Assembly (NCBI GenBank): GCA_964641255.1
Contig: CAZXMM010000001.1
Coordinates: forward strand, 601,984-665,983
From: an uncultured Gammaproteobacteria bacterium
Lineage (GTDB): Bacteria > Patescibacteriota > Microgenomatia > JAMCZE01
Length of the DNA: 64,000 nucleotides
Direction: 5' to 3'
This document shows, piece after piece, positions 18,330 through 26,684 of the stretch. Made by a program: the position numbers and the translations under genes. Numbering within the stretch: the stretch's first letter is position 1; every line of letters starts with the position of its first letter. The notes beneath the pieces were generated by a model. That model saw nothing but the letters and a program-made list of their open reading frames with translations, searched no databases and was not told where the DNA came from.

Positions 18330-18707
18330 GTGTCTGAGCTCTCAAAATATGCCGATTTGATGCTAAGAAAGGTTCTTGTTACCTCTGAGGTTACAAAACA
18401 GACTTTTCCAGGTACTGACATGGCTCTTATCGGTTCTCTCGCTCGTTATCTCGCCGGTATAGTAATTCCAAATAAAAATGAATTTAGCTTAAGCTCTGAC
18501 GCTGACTTGGCGGTATGCTTTCCTTTCGACATATATCCTTTCACCGAATTTACGTTGGAAGACTTACTACGAGCTAAAATGAAAAACCGGAGAGTTACTA
18601 TGGGGGGCGAGAAAGGTCAAGTACAATTTGCCGCTGTGTCTGCATTAAATAAGCCAATGCCAAGATGGGCCCTAAAGGAAATAAAAATGTATGGTAAGAA
18701 AATTTAA
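18330..18707 (+). CDS. Hypothetical cassette protein (125 aa)
   Basis: ORF track. Confidence 0.4.
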   Translation: MSELSKYADLMLRKVLVTSEVTKQTFPGTDMALIGSLARYLAGIVIPNKNEFSLSSDADLAVCFPFDIYPFTEFTLEDLLRAKMKNRRVTMGGEKGQVQFAAVSALNKPMPRWALKEIKMYGKKI

Positions 18708-18741
18708 ACCTTAATAAAAGAGATTAAAACAGTATTTACGT

Positions 18742-18927
18742 TGTGCACCTGGAGCAGAAGTCTTGAACCGCTGAGAACTCTGACAGAATCGATCATTTCA
18801 AACGGGAACAAAGCTGGTTTAGACATAGGAGCTCCTCCACTCATCCCAAATACCGTACAACCCACCTACATTTACTAATACTAGCTTTGGCTTGATTTAA
18901 CAATTACTTCGCCTTATACTCACCGAA
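18742..18927 (+). repeat. Intergenic module copy U9 (5' box intact, 3' box degenerate)
   Basis: TGTGCACCTGGAGCAGAAGTCTTGAACCGCT ... CCTTATACTCACCGAAATG. Confidence 0.6.
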
Positions 18928-19992
18928 ATGCAGACAGGAGAGCTATTACAAGCAGAAGTAGCTGGCCTAATGATCTACGACGTCAAAGCTCTAGGGGGAC
19001 GTGCAGTAGAGCGGGCCAATATCACTGAGCGAGGACTCATGGATCAATCCGGCAGGCGAGATCACCAGTTTTTGGTGGTTGAAGCAGTTCCAATCGATGC
19101 TAATGGCGTTCATAAGTTTCTTCGACAAAATGACCACATAACCAGAGATACTCCGGAGGGAATGGCAGCAATGGCTAGAGTAATTCCCCAGTTGGACGGA
19201 CAGCAAATGCTTCTAACGTGGGATGGCAACAAAAAGGATGCCATTGAAATTGACAATCCTAGACAACAAGGTGGCCGAATGAAGGTCAACATATGGAAGC
19301 ATGACGTTAATGCAATTAATCAAGGAGATGGCGCCAACAAATGGCTAAGTGACCACTTAGGACATGAGGTTGTTGTCGTTAAGATGGATTCAGCAGACGC
19401 ACGCCCAGTCAGCGAAAAATACACGCCTAATGACAGTCGGGTCCTTGCTCAAGACGCCTATCCTATAAATACCGCTTTAATTGAATCCGCTAAAAGAGTT
19501 TCTGAACTAGCAGGAATGGATATTCCTTGGACTCACTATCGTCCTCAAATAGCAATTAAAGATATACCCGATAAATCGGAACATAAGATCTCTACTGTGG
19601 ATATCAGGAACAGAGCAAGTGATGAACTTATTGCAACAGCCATTCACGGTAAGCCTGGTGTCCGGTGCCGAGTGACCGGTGTTATTCCCAACTTGGGAAC
19701 TAGGCTCCCGGGTAATCAACCGTTAACGGCTTTGGGCAAAGAAAGAGCTTGGATCGATGGTGACGGAGATCTACAACTTATTTTTGCAGAAAACCTCATT
19801 GTCAAAGGCCAAGGAGAAATTGTAGTAGGGGATAAGTATATTGGGACATCGTCTCGCTATCCTCGTCTGGTTTATGGACCAATTGAAAAAATGAAAGCTG
19901 TTCAAAAAGAGGTCAAAAAAGAAATGGCCAAACGAGGCGGGAGCATATCTGCACGGGAAATGGCTTTTATAGTCCAATCTTTGGCAGCATAA
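18928..19992 (+). CDS. MOSC-domain protein (MOSC_N beta-barrel plus MOSC domain)
   Basis: N-terminus LLQAEVAGLMIYDVKALGGRAVERANITERGLMDQSGRRDHQFLVV resembles MOSC_N. A conserved Cys context (GKPGVRCRVTGV) follows. Confidence 0.45.
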   Translation: MQTGELLQAEVAGLMIYDVKALGGRAVERANITERGLMDQSGRRDHQFLVVEAVPIDANGVHKFLRQNDHITRDTPEGMAAMARVIPQLDGQQMLLTWDGNKKDAIEIDNPRQQGGRMKVNIWKHDVNAINQGDGANKWLSDHLGHEVVVVKMDSADARPVSEKYTPNDSRVLAQDAYPINTALIESAKRVSELAGMDIPWTHYRPQIAIKDIPDKSEHKISTVDIRNRASDELIATAIHGKPGVRCRVTGVIPNLGTRLPGNQPLTALGKERAWIDGDGDLQLIFAENLIVKGQGEIVVGDKYIGTSSRYPRLVYGPIEKMKAVQKEVKKEMAKRGGSISAREMAFIVQSLAA

Positions 19993-20288
19993 TCGTACTC
20001 CTCTAAAATATCCTCCTATGTCCAAATTTTTGATGTTATAAGCTAGACTTGAATAATTATTAGCTACTTTTGACTCCGTAGCTTCAGTTCAAAGGCGGAT
20101 AATGGCTAATATACGACATGGCAAAACTTCAGAGAATGTTAAAATATAGCTAACCGTTCGGAAGAACTTTATTTTATAAATTCAAAAGTTAATTCACCAA
20201 TATAGCTATTAATAAGAAATTACTAAAATTCGGGTTACTGGCGGCAACGACGACATATCTACCCACGCTTGATGCCATTCTTTCCCCT

Positions 20289-21056
20289 TTGATTTCTTCA
20301 CAACCTTTTTGGACTGTTGTTTGGGTTTCCGCCATTGGACTATACAATCTTTATCTTTATGCGGAACAAGACAAATTAAATGAAGTTACGGAGTTTATAT
20401 ACGAAAACCCAGATAAATTTACTAAATCAATTGTAAGTTCAACCTATTTCAGGAGTAACTTTTTAAAGTTTTTAGGAGAATATTTGAAACAGAGTAACAA
20501 GCGAAAAAGAGAAGCATTAAAGAAAATCCTGCTGCAATCATTATCTAAAGAGGAGGACGAAAAGTTTGAGATTGACCGGCTAAATAACGTATTAAGCCAA
20601 ATTTCGCTAGGAGCAATAAGAAATTTGCTTTTTATCAAATCTCATTTCATCCCTCAAATTGAAAAGGAAATAGAATATGAGGTACAAAGTTATGACCATA
20701 AGAACAATCCCAAAGAGATAACAAGGCTTAAAGACATTACAAAAGCTCGAAAAAATATCTCCGACTACATACAACGTTGGATTCATGATAATTTTGATCC
20801 CGATAGTCATATAGTTAAACAGAAGTATCATTATGATGATTCTTGGGATCAGGCACAAAAAATGAAATTTAATACTGACCATTCGATTAAGAAACATACG
20901 ATTGAAAAAGAAATACATTCTTACTGGCCTGAGTACGTAAGTTTAGGAATTATGAGTTCCGTAACCGATGGAGTAGGACAAATGGGAGGGGCTGGCGGTA
21001 CTGTTTATAAGCTGACGCAATTTGGAGAAAGCTTTATTGAATTCATAGAACCTTAG
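20289..21056 (+). CDS. Hypothetical protein (AT-rich, Lys/Glu-rich)
   Basis: ORF track. Confidence 0.4.
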   Translation: MISSQPFWTVVWVSAIGLYNLYLYAEQDKLNEVTEFIYENPDKFTKSIVSSTYFRSNFLKFLGEYLKQSNKRKREALKKILLQSLSKEEDEKFEIDRLNNVLSQISLGAIRNLLFIKSHFIPQIEKEIEYEVQSYDHKNNPKEITRLKDITKARKNISDYIQRWIHDNFDPDSHIVKQKYHYDDSWDQAQKMKFNTDHSIKKHTIEKEIHSYWPEYVSLGIMSSVTDGVGQMGGAGGTVYKLTQFGESFIEFIEP

Positions 21057-21063
21057 TAATGGT

Positions 21064-21175
21064 TGTGCACCATCTGGGACGATGTTCGTACCTACATAAC
21101 CTCCCAGATCGATCCTCTCGAAAAATCAACACTCATCACCGCAATTGCCTACTTCAAACAGAAGGAGGCTAAACT
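21064..21175 (+). repeat. Intergenic module copy U10 (variant 5' box with SD; GTG start)
   Basis: TGTGCACCATCTGGGACGATG ... CCTACTTCAAACAGAAGGAGGCTAAACTGTG. It starts 7 nt after the upstream stop codon. Confidence 0.5.
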
Positions 21176-21676
21176 GTGAACCCACTTAACTTCCTCAAAC
21201 TAGGCCGAAAACAGAACCTACGAGACTCTCAGGGTGCACTAGAGAGTATTTTATACGATGAAACGACCTTTTACCACCGTTTCACTAAAGACTTAGCAAC
21301 AGCCAAAAGTGAAGTTATTATCGAGAGTCCATTCATTACTGTACCGAGACTTAGAGTGCTTAAGCCTTTCTTTGAAAAATTAATAAATAGGCGGGTCAAA
21401 GTCTTCATAATTACCAAAGACCCAAGTGAGCTTGACGAGAACATGAGTATCCAAGCTGAATCTGGCATACAATTTTTTGAGGAGTTAGGTGTGCAAGTGG
21501 TACTTTGTAAAGGTCATCATAGAAAATTAGCCATCATAGATAGAAATGTACTTTGGGAAGGCAGCCTCAACATTTTGTCGCAATCTTGCAGTCGTGAATT
21601 TATGAGAAGGATAAACAGCAAACAATTGGCGGAAGAAACCTTTAAGTTTTTGAAACTCGAAAAGTGCGTCAGTTAG
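21176..21676 (+). CDS. PLD-family nuclease (Nuc-like, single HKD motif)
   Basis: VVLCKGHHRKLAIIDRNVLWEGSLNILS contains an H-x-K-x4-D motif. The size (166 aa) is similar to plasmid Nuc endonucleases. Confidence 0.6.
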   Translation: MNPLNFLKLGRKQNLRDSQGALESILYDETTFYHRFTKDLATAKSEVIIESPFITVPRLRVLKPFFEKLINRRVKVFIITKDPSELDENMSIQAESGIQFFEELGVQVVLCKGHHRKLAIIDRNVLWEGSLNILSQSCSREFMRRINSKQLAEETFKFLKLEKCVS

Positions 21677-21708
21677 TAATGTTATAATTCTGAAAGGAGG
21701 TGTGAATT

Positions 21709-21942
21709 ATGGACTCAAATAACCCAGTCACAGAAAAATCTAGATTGGTCATTCAGGCAATGATATATGCCAACGAGAACAGTCTGAATGTTAACGATCT
21801 TAAAGACGTAAACAAGATTCTTGAAGCGCTTAACGTTCAAGACGAAGATCCTCAGGAATTCATGAATCTTTTACAGCATGCCGAAGATTTTATGGATATG
21901 TCAGCACCAGACGATGGGCACAAAAAGGGCTTAGTTAATTAA
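21709..21942 (+). CDS. Small acidic hypothetical protein
   Basis: ORF with a strong SD (GAAAGGAGGTG) upstream. Confidence 0.35.
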   Translation: MDSNNPVTEKSRLVIQAMIYANENSLNVNDLKDVNKILEALNVQDEDPQEFMNLLQHAEDFMDMSAPDDGHKKGLVN

Positions 21943-23630
21943 AGTTCAATTTTATTGCCAAGAAGATCAGTAATAAAATGCTTAGGCAGCGGTTTTTTAG
22001 GGTATTTTTTAAGAAATTCTTCGTTTTCGCTAACGAGATAAACAGTTTCATAAATTGTTCCGTTTTCTCTATTTAAATCGTGACCTACCAACAAACCTTC
22101 TCGCCTGAGTTTTTTAATCTTTCCAGGATTAATGTCAAAATAATTGTCAGAAGTTAATTGCCAATCTTTTATCCATAAATCATCGTTTTTATCTATTTCA
22201 GCCGGAATAACGCCCTTTTTTATATTCCTCTGGCAGTCTGCACACCGTACACCATCTAAATTCCACCAAGTCTTACTGCTTGGAGTATTTTCTCTGCAGA
22301 TACCACATTGATACACACCATCACTTTCTTCTAAAAAGAATCCGCCAGGTTCCTTTTCTAACCTTCGTTTCCGTGCATTTTGAATTCCGGCAAATTCGCC
22401 GGAGAAATGGGCAAATTGGACAACATTATGTCCTTCATATTTCATTCTCGTGTCATAATCTATTTTTGGCTGTTCCGGTTCTTTTTTCTTGCCTACCAAC
22501 TCAAAGAAGTCTTCCTCATTTTCATAGCCTTTCAGTCGTCCTGAAATATAACCAAGTCGATAGGATAGCCCGTCACTCATCAAGCGCCAATTGGTGCCTT
22601 CCAAGGCTTCTTTTATGATTATTTCAAGTGAAGAAACACTAGCTTCTTGTTTACGCATAGAGTCGTTATCCTGAATACTAAACGGAACAATGAAGTACTT
22701 GCCAATTTCTGGATTATTTAGGGAAAGCTTGACGAAGTGTTTTTCTTTCAATAAAGGATTAAGGAGTTTTTCTAACTCCACTACGGTTAATTTTTTAAGT
22801 TGGATAATTTGTTGGTAAGCTTGGCTATCATATTTTTTGAATTCTTCGTTGTACACCACTTTAGCAACCTTTGAAGCTTCTACATAGTCAAAAGCCTCTT
22901 TCCCGTTTTCCTCCGAACAGAACTGTTCACGGTACGTGAGCAACAACTTTTTATCCTGTTCCTCTTGTTCCTTCCACTTACTCCGTCGTTTTCCTAAATC
23001 ATCAGTAGTGATTTCAGAAAAGTCACAAAACGGACAAGTCGTTTTATAAATAATTTTGTCCTTAGATTCTTTAATAACGCTCAATTTAATCTTGTGATTG
23101 CATTTGGGACACAACTGAGGCTTTGACTCGCGTTCCGATCCATCTTCGTAGATCCATTTCTTTTGCCTGCACAGAGTACATTCAAAAAGAAACATCATCC
23201 GCATAGGATCGTCGAGTGTTTCGAGATGCTTAAGTGTGCTTTGCATGGATTTATTACAATTAGTGCAAAGAATATTTTTAGGTAGAGAGGTAGTTTCATA
23301 TTTTTCCTGTTTTACACTATCATCGCTAGTCCATTTGTTGATTGTTTCCTCCTTTTGCTCATACCTGCAAGCTTTGGCAAGAAAGAGATATTGATTTGTC
23401 ATCCAATTAGTTCCCTTAGCTTTATCTGTCAACGAAAATTTCTTAGCTTCCTCCTTATTACCCATCTCAACGTAAACTTTAGTACAAAAATCAATAACCT
23501 CAAGACATTCCTTGATTGTCAAAAGATCGTAGCGATCAATATAGTGCTGTTTATCTTTTAAATAGTTCATGCTAGTTATTAATTTTATTTTCATATTCAA
23601 TTTCATTTCCTCCGTAATTAATTTCCTCAA
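21939..23630 (-). CDS. Zinc-ribbon-rich protein (six CxxC pairs), function unknown. The likely true start is 23570 (MNYLKD).
   Basis: CTNCNKS, CTLCRQKK, CPKCNHK, CPFCDFS, CGICREN, CADCQRN. AT-rich. Immediately downstream of the XRE regulator. Confidence 0.5.
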   Translation of the reverse strand: MRKLITEEMKLNMKIKLITSMNYLKDKQHYIDRYDLLTIKECLEVIDFCTKVYVEMGNKEEAKKFSLTDKAKGTNWMTNQYLFLAKACRYEQKEETINKWTSDDSVKQEKYETTSLPKNILCTNCNKSMQSTLKHLETLDDPMRMMFLFECTLCRQKKWIYEDGSERESKPQLCPKCNHKIKLSVIKESKDKIIYKTTCPFCDFSEITTDDLGKRRSKWKEQEEQDKKLLLTYREQFCSEENGKEAFDYVEASKVAKVVYNEEFKKYDSQAYQQIIQLKKLTVVELEKLLNPLLKEKHFVKLSLNNPEIGKYFIVPFSIQDNDSMRKQEASVSSLEIIIKEALEGTNWRLMSDGLSYRLGYISGRLKGYENEEDFFELVGKKKEPEQPKIDYDTRMKYEGHNVVQFAHFSGEFAGIQNARKRRLEKEPGGFFLEESDGVYQCGICRENTPSSKTWWNLDGVRCADCQRNIKKGVIPAEIDKNDDLWIKDWQLTSDNYFDINPGKIKKLRREGLLVGHDLNRENGTIYETVYLVSENEEFLKKYPKKPLPKHFITDLLGNKIEL

Positions 23631-23898
23631 GAAATGCAGCCAATTCGAGGTCTGTGTTAAATATTTCCTTCCAAGGCACCCTCAACGAGTGCCTAATCCC
23701 ACAAAGGGTGTCCATATGCATGTTTCCAGTTTTTCCGCTCTCAAGTCTGCCATAATAGTTAGGATTTAAATCAGCCCCAATTGCTACATCCAATCTTGAC
23801 CGTTCTTGCGCCATCCGAATTTCTCGGATTCTTCGACAAAGGCGATTATGCAATTTGATATCTTTAAAGTTTCTTCTATGTTGATATTTTACTGTCAT
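23572..23898 (-). CDS. XRE-family HTH transcriptional regulator
   Basis: LCRRIREIRMAQERSRLDVAIGADLNPNYYGRLESGK resembles HTH_XRE. Confidence 0.45.
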   Translation of the reverse strand: MTVKYQHRRNFKDIKLHNRLCRRIREIRMAQERSRLDVAIGADLNPNYYGRLESGKTGNMHMDTLCGIRHSLRVPWKEIFNTDLELAAFLEEINYGGNEIEYENKINN

Positions 23899-24048
23899 TT
23901 CGGGATATTACAGAAGTTTAATAAAAAATGTCGTACTTTTATGGATAGTTTATTTATCACTTTCCCTTACAGGGTTGTCCATTATTCTTAATAAATAAAA
24001 CTACTACTTTATGTAGTAGGTCTTAACTGATAAGCTAGTCTTTAGTTT

Positions 24049-24975
24049 ATGATTAGGCACCTATTTATTCCTCACAAGGCTAAAAACAAACACAAAAAAG
24101 CCCATCTTCTTTCTTTTAATGCACTGGCCTTTTACGTTGTTTTTTTCGTTTTTATGCAAATTGGTTTTTCGGCCATAAGAGTTGTGCAGCCAGGAGTTCT
24201 TGGAACCACCTCGGCAATCACTAAGCAAGAGATTATTAATTTAACAAATTCAGATAGGCAAAAAAATAATGCTCAACCATTAAAAGAAAACGAAAAATTA
24301 GATCAAGCGGCGGAATTAAAGGCAAAAAATATGTTTGAGGAAAACTATTGGGCACATGTTTCCCCATCTGGCAAAGATCCATGGTTGTGGATTCAGAAGG
24401 CTGGATATAATTACCTCTTTGCAGGTGAAAATTTGGCAAGGAGTTTTTCTTCCTCTTCGCAAGTAGAGAGTGCTTGGATGGCCTCCACAATGGGCCACCG
24501 GGAAAACATTTTAAATAATAGATACCAGGAAATTGGTGTTGCCGTTGAAGATGGTGTCATTAACGGCGAAAAAACTACACTGGTCGTTCAGTTATTTGGC
24601 ACAATGACGGGGGCAAATGTTAAACCACAAATTAGTGACGAGGGAGCAAACACTACAGTTGATAATAAGATCGCTACAAATATCCCAAGTGACCAGTCAC
24701 TTGCCATGATTCCGCAAGTAAAAAGTGCCAAAACTGTTGCATCCCCAGCACCATCTTTTCTTAGTCAATACATAAGAATCAACCCTTATTCCATTACACG
24801 AGCATTAACCTTTTCTCTTATAGCTATTCTGACAATAATAGGACTTACTGACATAATTGTTCTTTGGAAAAGAAAGGTTGCAGTAAACCTGGCGCTTAGA
24901 CACTTACCCCACTTTGGGTTAATACTAGCATCGGCATTAATTCTTTTAATTATGCGCATTGGAGTCATGATTTAA
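24049..24975 (+). CDS. CAP/SCP-domain protein with N- and C-terminal TM segments
   Basis: NYWAHVSPSGKDPWLWIQKAGYNYLFAGENLARSF...MGHRENILNNRYQEIGVAV. Confidence 0.55.
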   Translation: MIRHLFIPHKAKNKHKKAHLLSFNALAFYVVFFVFMQIGFSAIRVVQPGVLGTTSAITKQEIINLTNSDRQKNNAQPLKENEKLDQAAELKAKNMFEENYWAHVSPSGKDPWLWIQKAGYNYLFAGENLARSFSSSSQVESAWMASTMGHRENILNNRYQEIGVAVEDGVINGEKTTLVVQLFGTMTGANVKPQISDEGANTTVDNKIATNIPSDQSLAMIPQVKSAKTVASPAPSFLSQYIRINPYSITRALTFSLIAILTIIGLTDIIVLWKRKVAVNLALRHLPHFGLILASALILLIMRIGVMI

Positions 24976-24996
24976 AAATGAAAGAAGGTGAGAAAT

Positions 24997-25146
24997 ATGA
25001 AAGCTAAAGATCCAGTTTGCGGCATGGAGGTGGACTCAAGCCAGGCTAAATTTAAAAGCGTTTACAAAGACAAGGAATATTATTTCTGCTCAGAGGACTG
25101 CAAGAAAAAGTTTGACGAAAATCCACAGCAATTTGCCAAGGATTAG
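24997..25146 (+). CDS. YHS-domain small metal-binding protein (49 aa), not in the ORF track
   Basis: MKAKDPVCGMEVDSSQAKFKSVYKDKEYYFCSEDCKKKFDENPQQFAKD. DPVCGM...YYFCS...C is the YHS signature. SD AAGGTG lies 7 nt upstream. Confidence 0.5.
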   Translation: MKAKDPVCGMEVDSSQAKFKSVYKDKEYYFCSEDCKKKFDENPQQFAKD

Positions 25147-25194
25147 TGTTAAACAAGGAAAGTTAAATTTGTAGTTAGTAAACTAACGAGTGAA

Positions 25195-26358
25195 TTGATG
25201 TGGAAAAAATTGTTTTTAACCATTATTCTTTCTTTGGTTGCCGCCCTCACGCTGGCACCCTCTATTAACGCTGCCTCTTCTGAAGACTTGCAAAAACAAA
25301 TTAATGAGCTTCAGGGAAAGATTGCTGGGGCTCAAAGTCAGGAGAAAACCCTTTCTTCACAGCTATCATTGATCACGAATGAAATCACTCTAACCGAATT
25401 AAAAATAACGCAAACCGAAGATAAATTGAAGCGATTGACTGGAGACATTGATTCCGTCTCGGGGAAAATTGACGTCATAGAAAATTCCCTAAGTCGTGTT
25501 TCTTCTGTTCTTGTTAATCGCATTGCTCAAACCTACATTGCTGGCCGAACTGACCCAACTTTATATTTATTATCTTCGAACAACTTTGACGACCTTCTTC
25601 AACGTTTCGAATACCTGCGCATTGTTCAAAAACATGACAAGACTTTGATGTTCCAAATGGCGGCAACAAAGAAAAACTACAACGATCAGAAAAGTCTGCT
25701 TGAAGATAGAAAAAAACAAGTGGAAACCTTAACCGTCCAACTTAAAACCTATCAAGCACAGCTGGATAGCCAGAGCGAAGAGAAACAAACGCTTCTAGAA
25801 GTTACTAGAAATGATGAAAAGCGTTATCAACAACTTCTAGCACAGGCGCAGGCAGAACTTAATGCTATTGGTGCCTCGCAATTTTCAGGTAAACGAGAAG
25901 TCAAAAAGGGTGACGTCATCGGCCTTATGGGAAGTAGTGGTTATTCAACTGGGCCTCATCTACATTTTGGAGTTTATGATTTGAAAGAAAGTGACGCCGC
26001 AAATTTTTCCTATGCCAACGGGACGAGTGATCCGCTTAATTATTTAAGGGGGAGGGGTTTGACTGTTGATTCTGGAGCTTGCAACGACAAATCCGGAAAC
26101 TTAAATGTTGGCAATGGGGGGTGGGATTGGCCTATGGAAAATCCTAATATCTCTCAGTGTTTTGGCTCCACTCCTTATTCATTTGTTTACACTAATGGTC
26201 GCCATGATGGCCTAGACATGTATGATTCAAACAACGTTGCCGTTCGCTCTATTGATGATGGAATAGCTTATTTTTACCGTGGCAATAGCAGTTTAGGAAA
26301 CAATGTTCGGGTATTTCATTCAAACGGAAGGATGACTCTTTATTTACATCTTCAATAA
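25195..26358 (+). CDS. Secreted coiled-coil M23-family peptidase with the two catalytic motifs in reversed order
   Basis: Signal peptide and long coiled coil. The GSSGYSTGPHLHFGV motif precedes the GRHDGLDM...TLYLHLQ motif. The ORF stops after the YxHL motif. Confidence 0.5.
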   Translation: MMWKKLFLTIILSLVAALTLAPSINAASSEDLQKQINELQGKIAGAQSQEKTLSSQLSLITNEITLTELKITQTEDKLKRLTGDIDSVSGKIDVIENSLSRVSSVLVNRIAQTYIAGRTDPTLYLLSSNNFDDLLQRFEYLRIVQKHDKTLMFQMAATKKNYNDQKSLLEDRKKQVETLTVQLKTYQAQLDSQSEEKQTLLEVTRNDEKRYQQLLAQAQAELNAIGASQFSGKREVKKGDVIGLMGSSGYSTGPHLHFGVYDLKESDAANFSYANGTSDPLNYLRGRGLTVDSGACNDKSGNLNVGNGGWDWPMENPNISQCFGSTPYSFVYTNGRHDGLDMYDSNNVAVRSIDDGIAYFYRGNSSLGNNVRVFHSNGRMTLYLHLQ

Positions 26359-26392
26359 TTATCATTATTGATTTCTTTATAGGCTTTATAGT

Positions 26393-26677
26393 ATGTTATC
26401 AAAAGAGAGGGGGTGGAATTTAATGAATAGTTTAGTAAAAAAGACCGTAATAAGTATCACATCTGGGGCTCTTTTTTTAGGGGTTTTTGTGTCACCGGCT
26501 TTTGCAAATTCTACAGTGACCATCACTAGTAATGGAAACACAACAATCACTACTGGTGACTCAAAGTCAAGTGTGTCAATAAGTAATTCTGGAGGCACAA
26601 ATATTTTCAACTCAGGGAAATGCACTGGTCGCTCAGTGTCATTTAGTATTGTAAATGGAGTAGTTAGCTCACACTAA
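26393..26677 (+). CDS. Small secreted Ser/Thr-rich protein
   Basis: Signal peptide, then TVTITSNGNTTITTGDSKSSVSISNSGGTNIF. Confidence 0.3.
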   Translation: MLSKERGWNLMNSLVKKTVISITSGALFLGVFVSPAFANSTVTITSNGNTTITTGDSKSSVSISNSGGTNIFNSGKCTGRSVSFSIVNGVVSSH

Positions 26678-26684
26678 TTGTGAG

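Noticed and set aside
12138-18930. Classical integron attC sites or a CRISPR array as the explanation for the intergenic repeats
   Set aside because: The units are ~130 bp and separated by whole genes, so they are not short repeats with spacers. They lack the RYYYAAC/GTTRRRY core sites and the conserved extrahelical-base geometry of attC. No intI or cas genes are present in the window.
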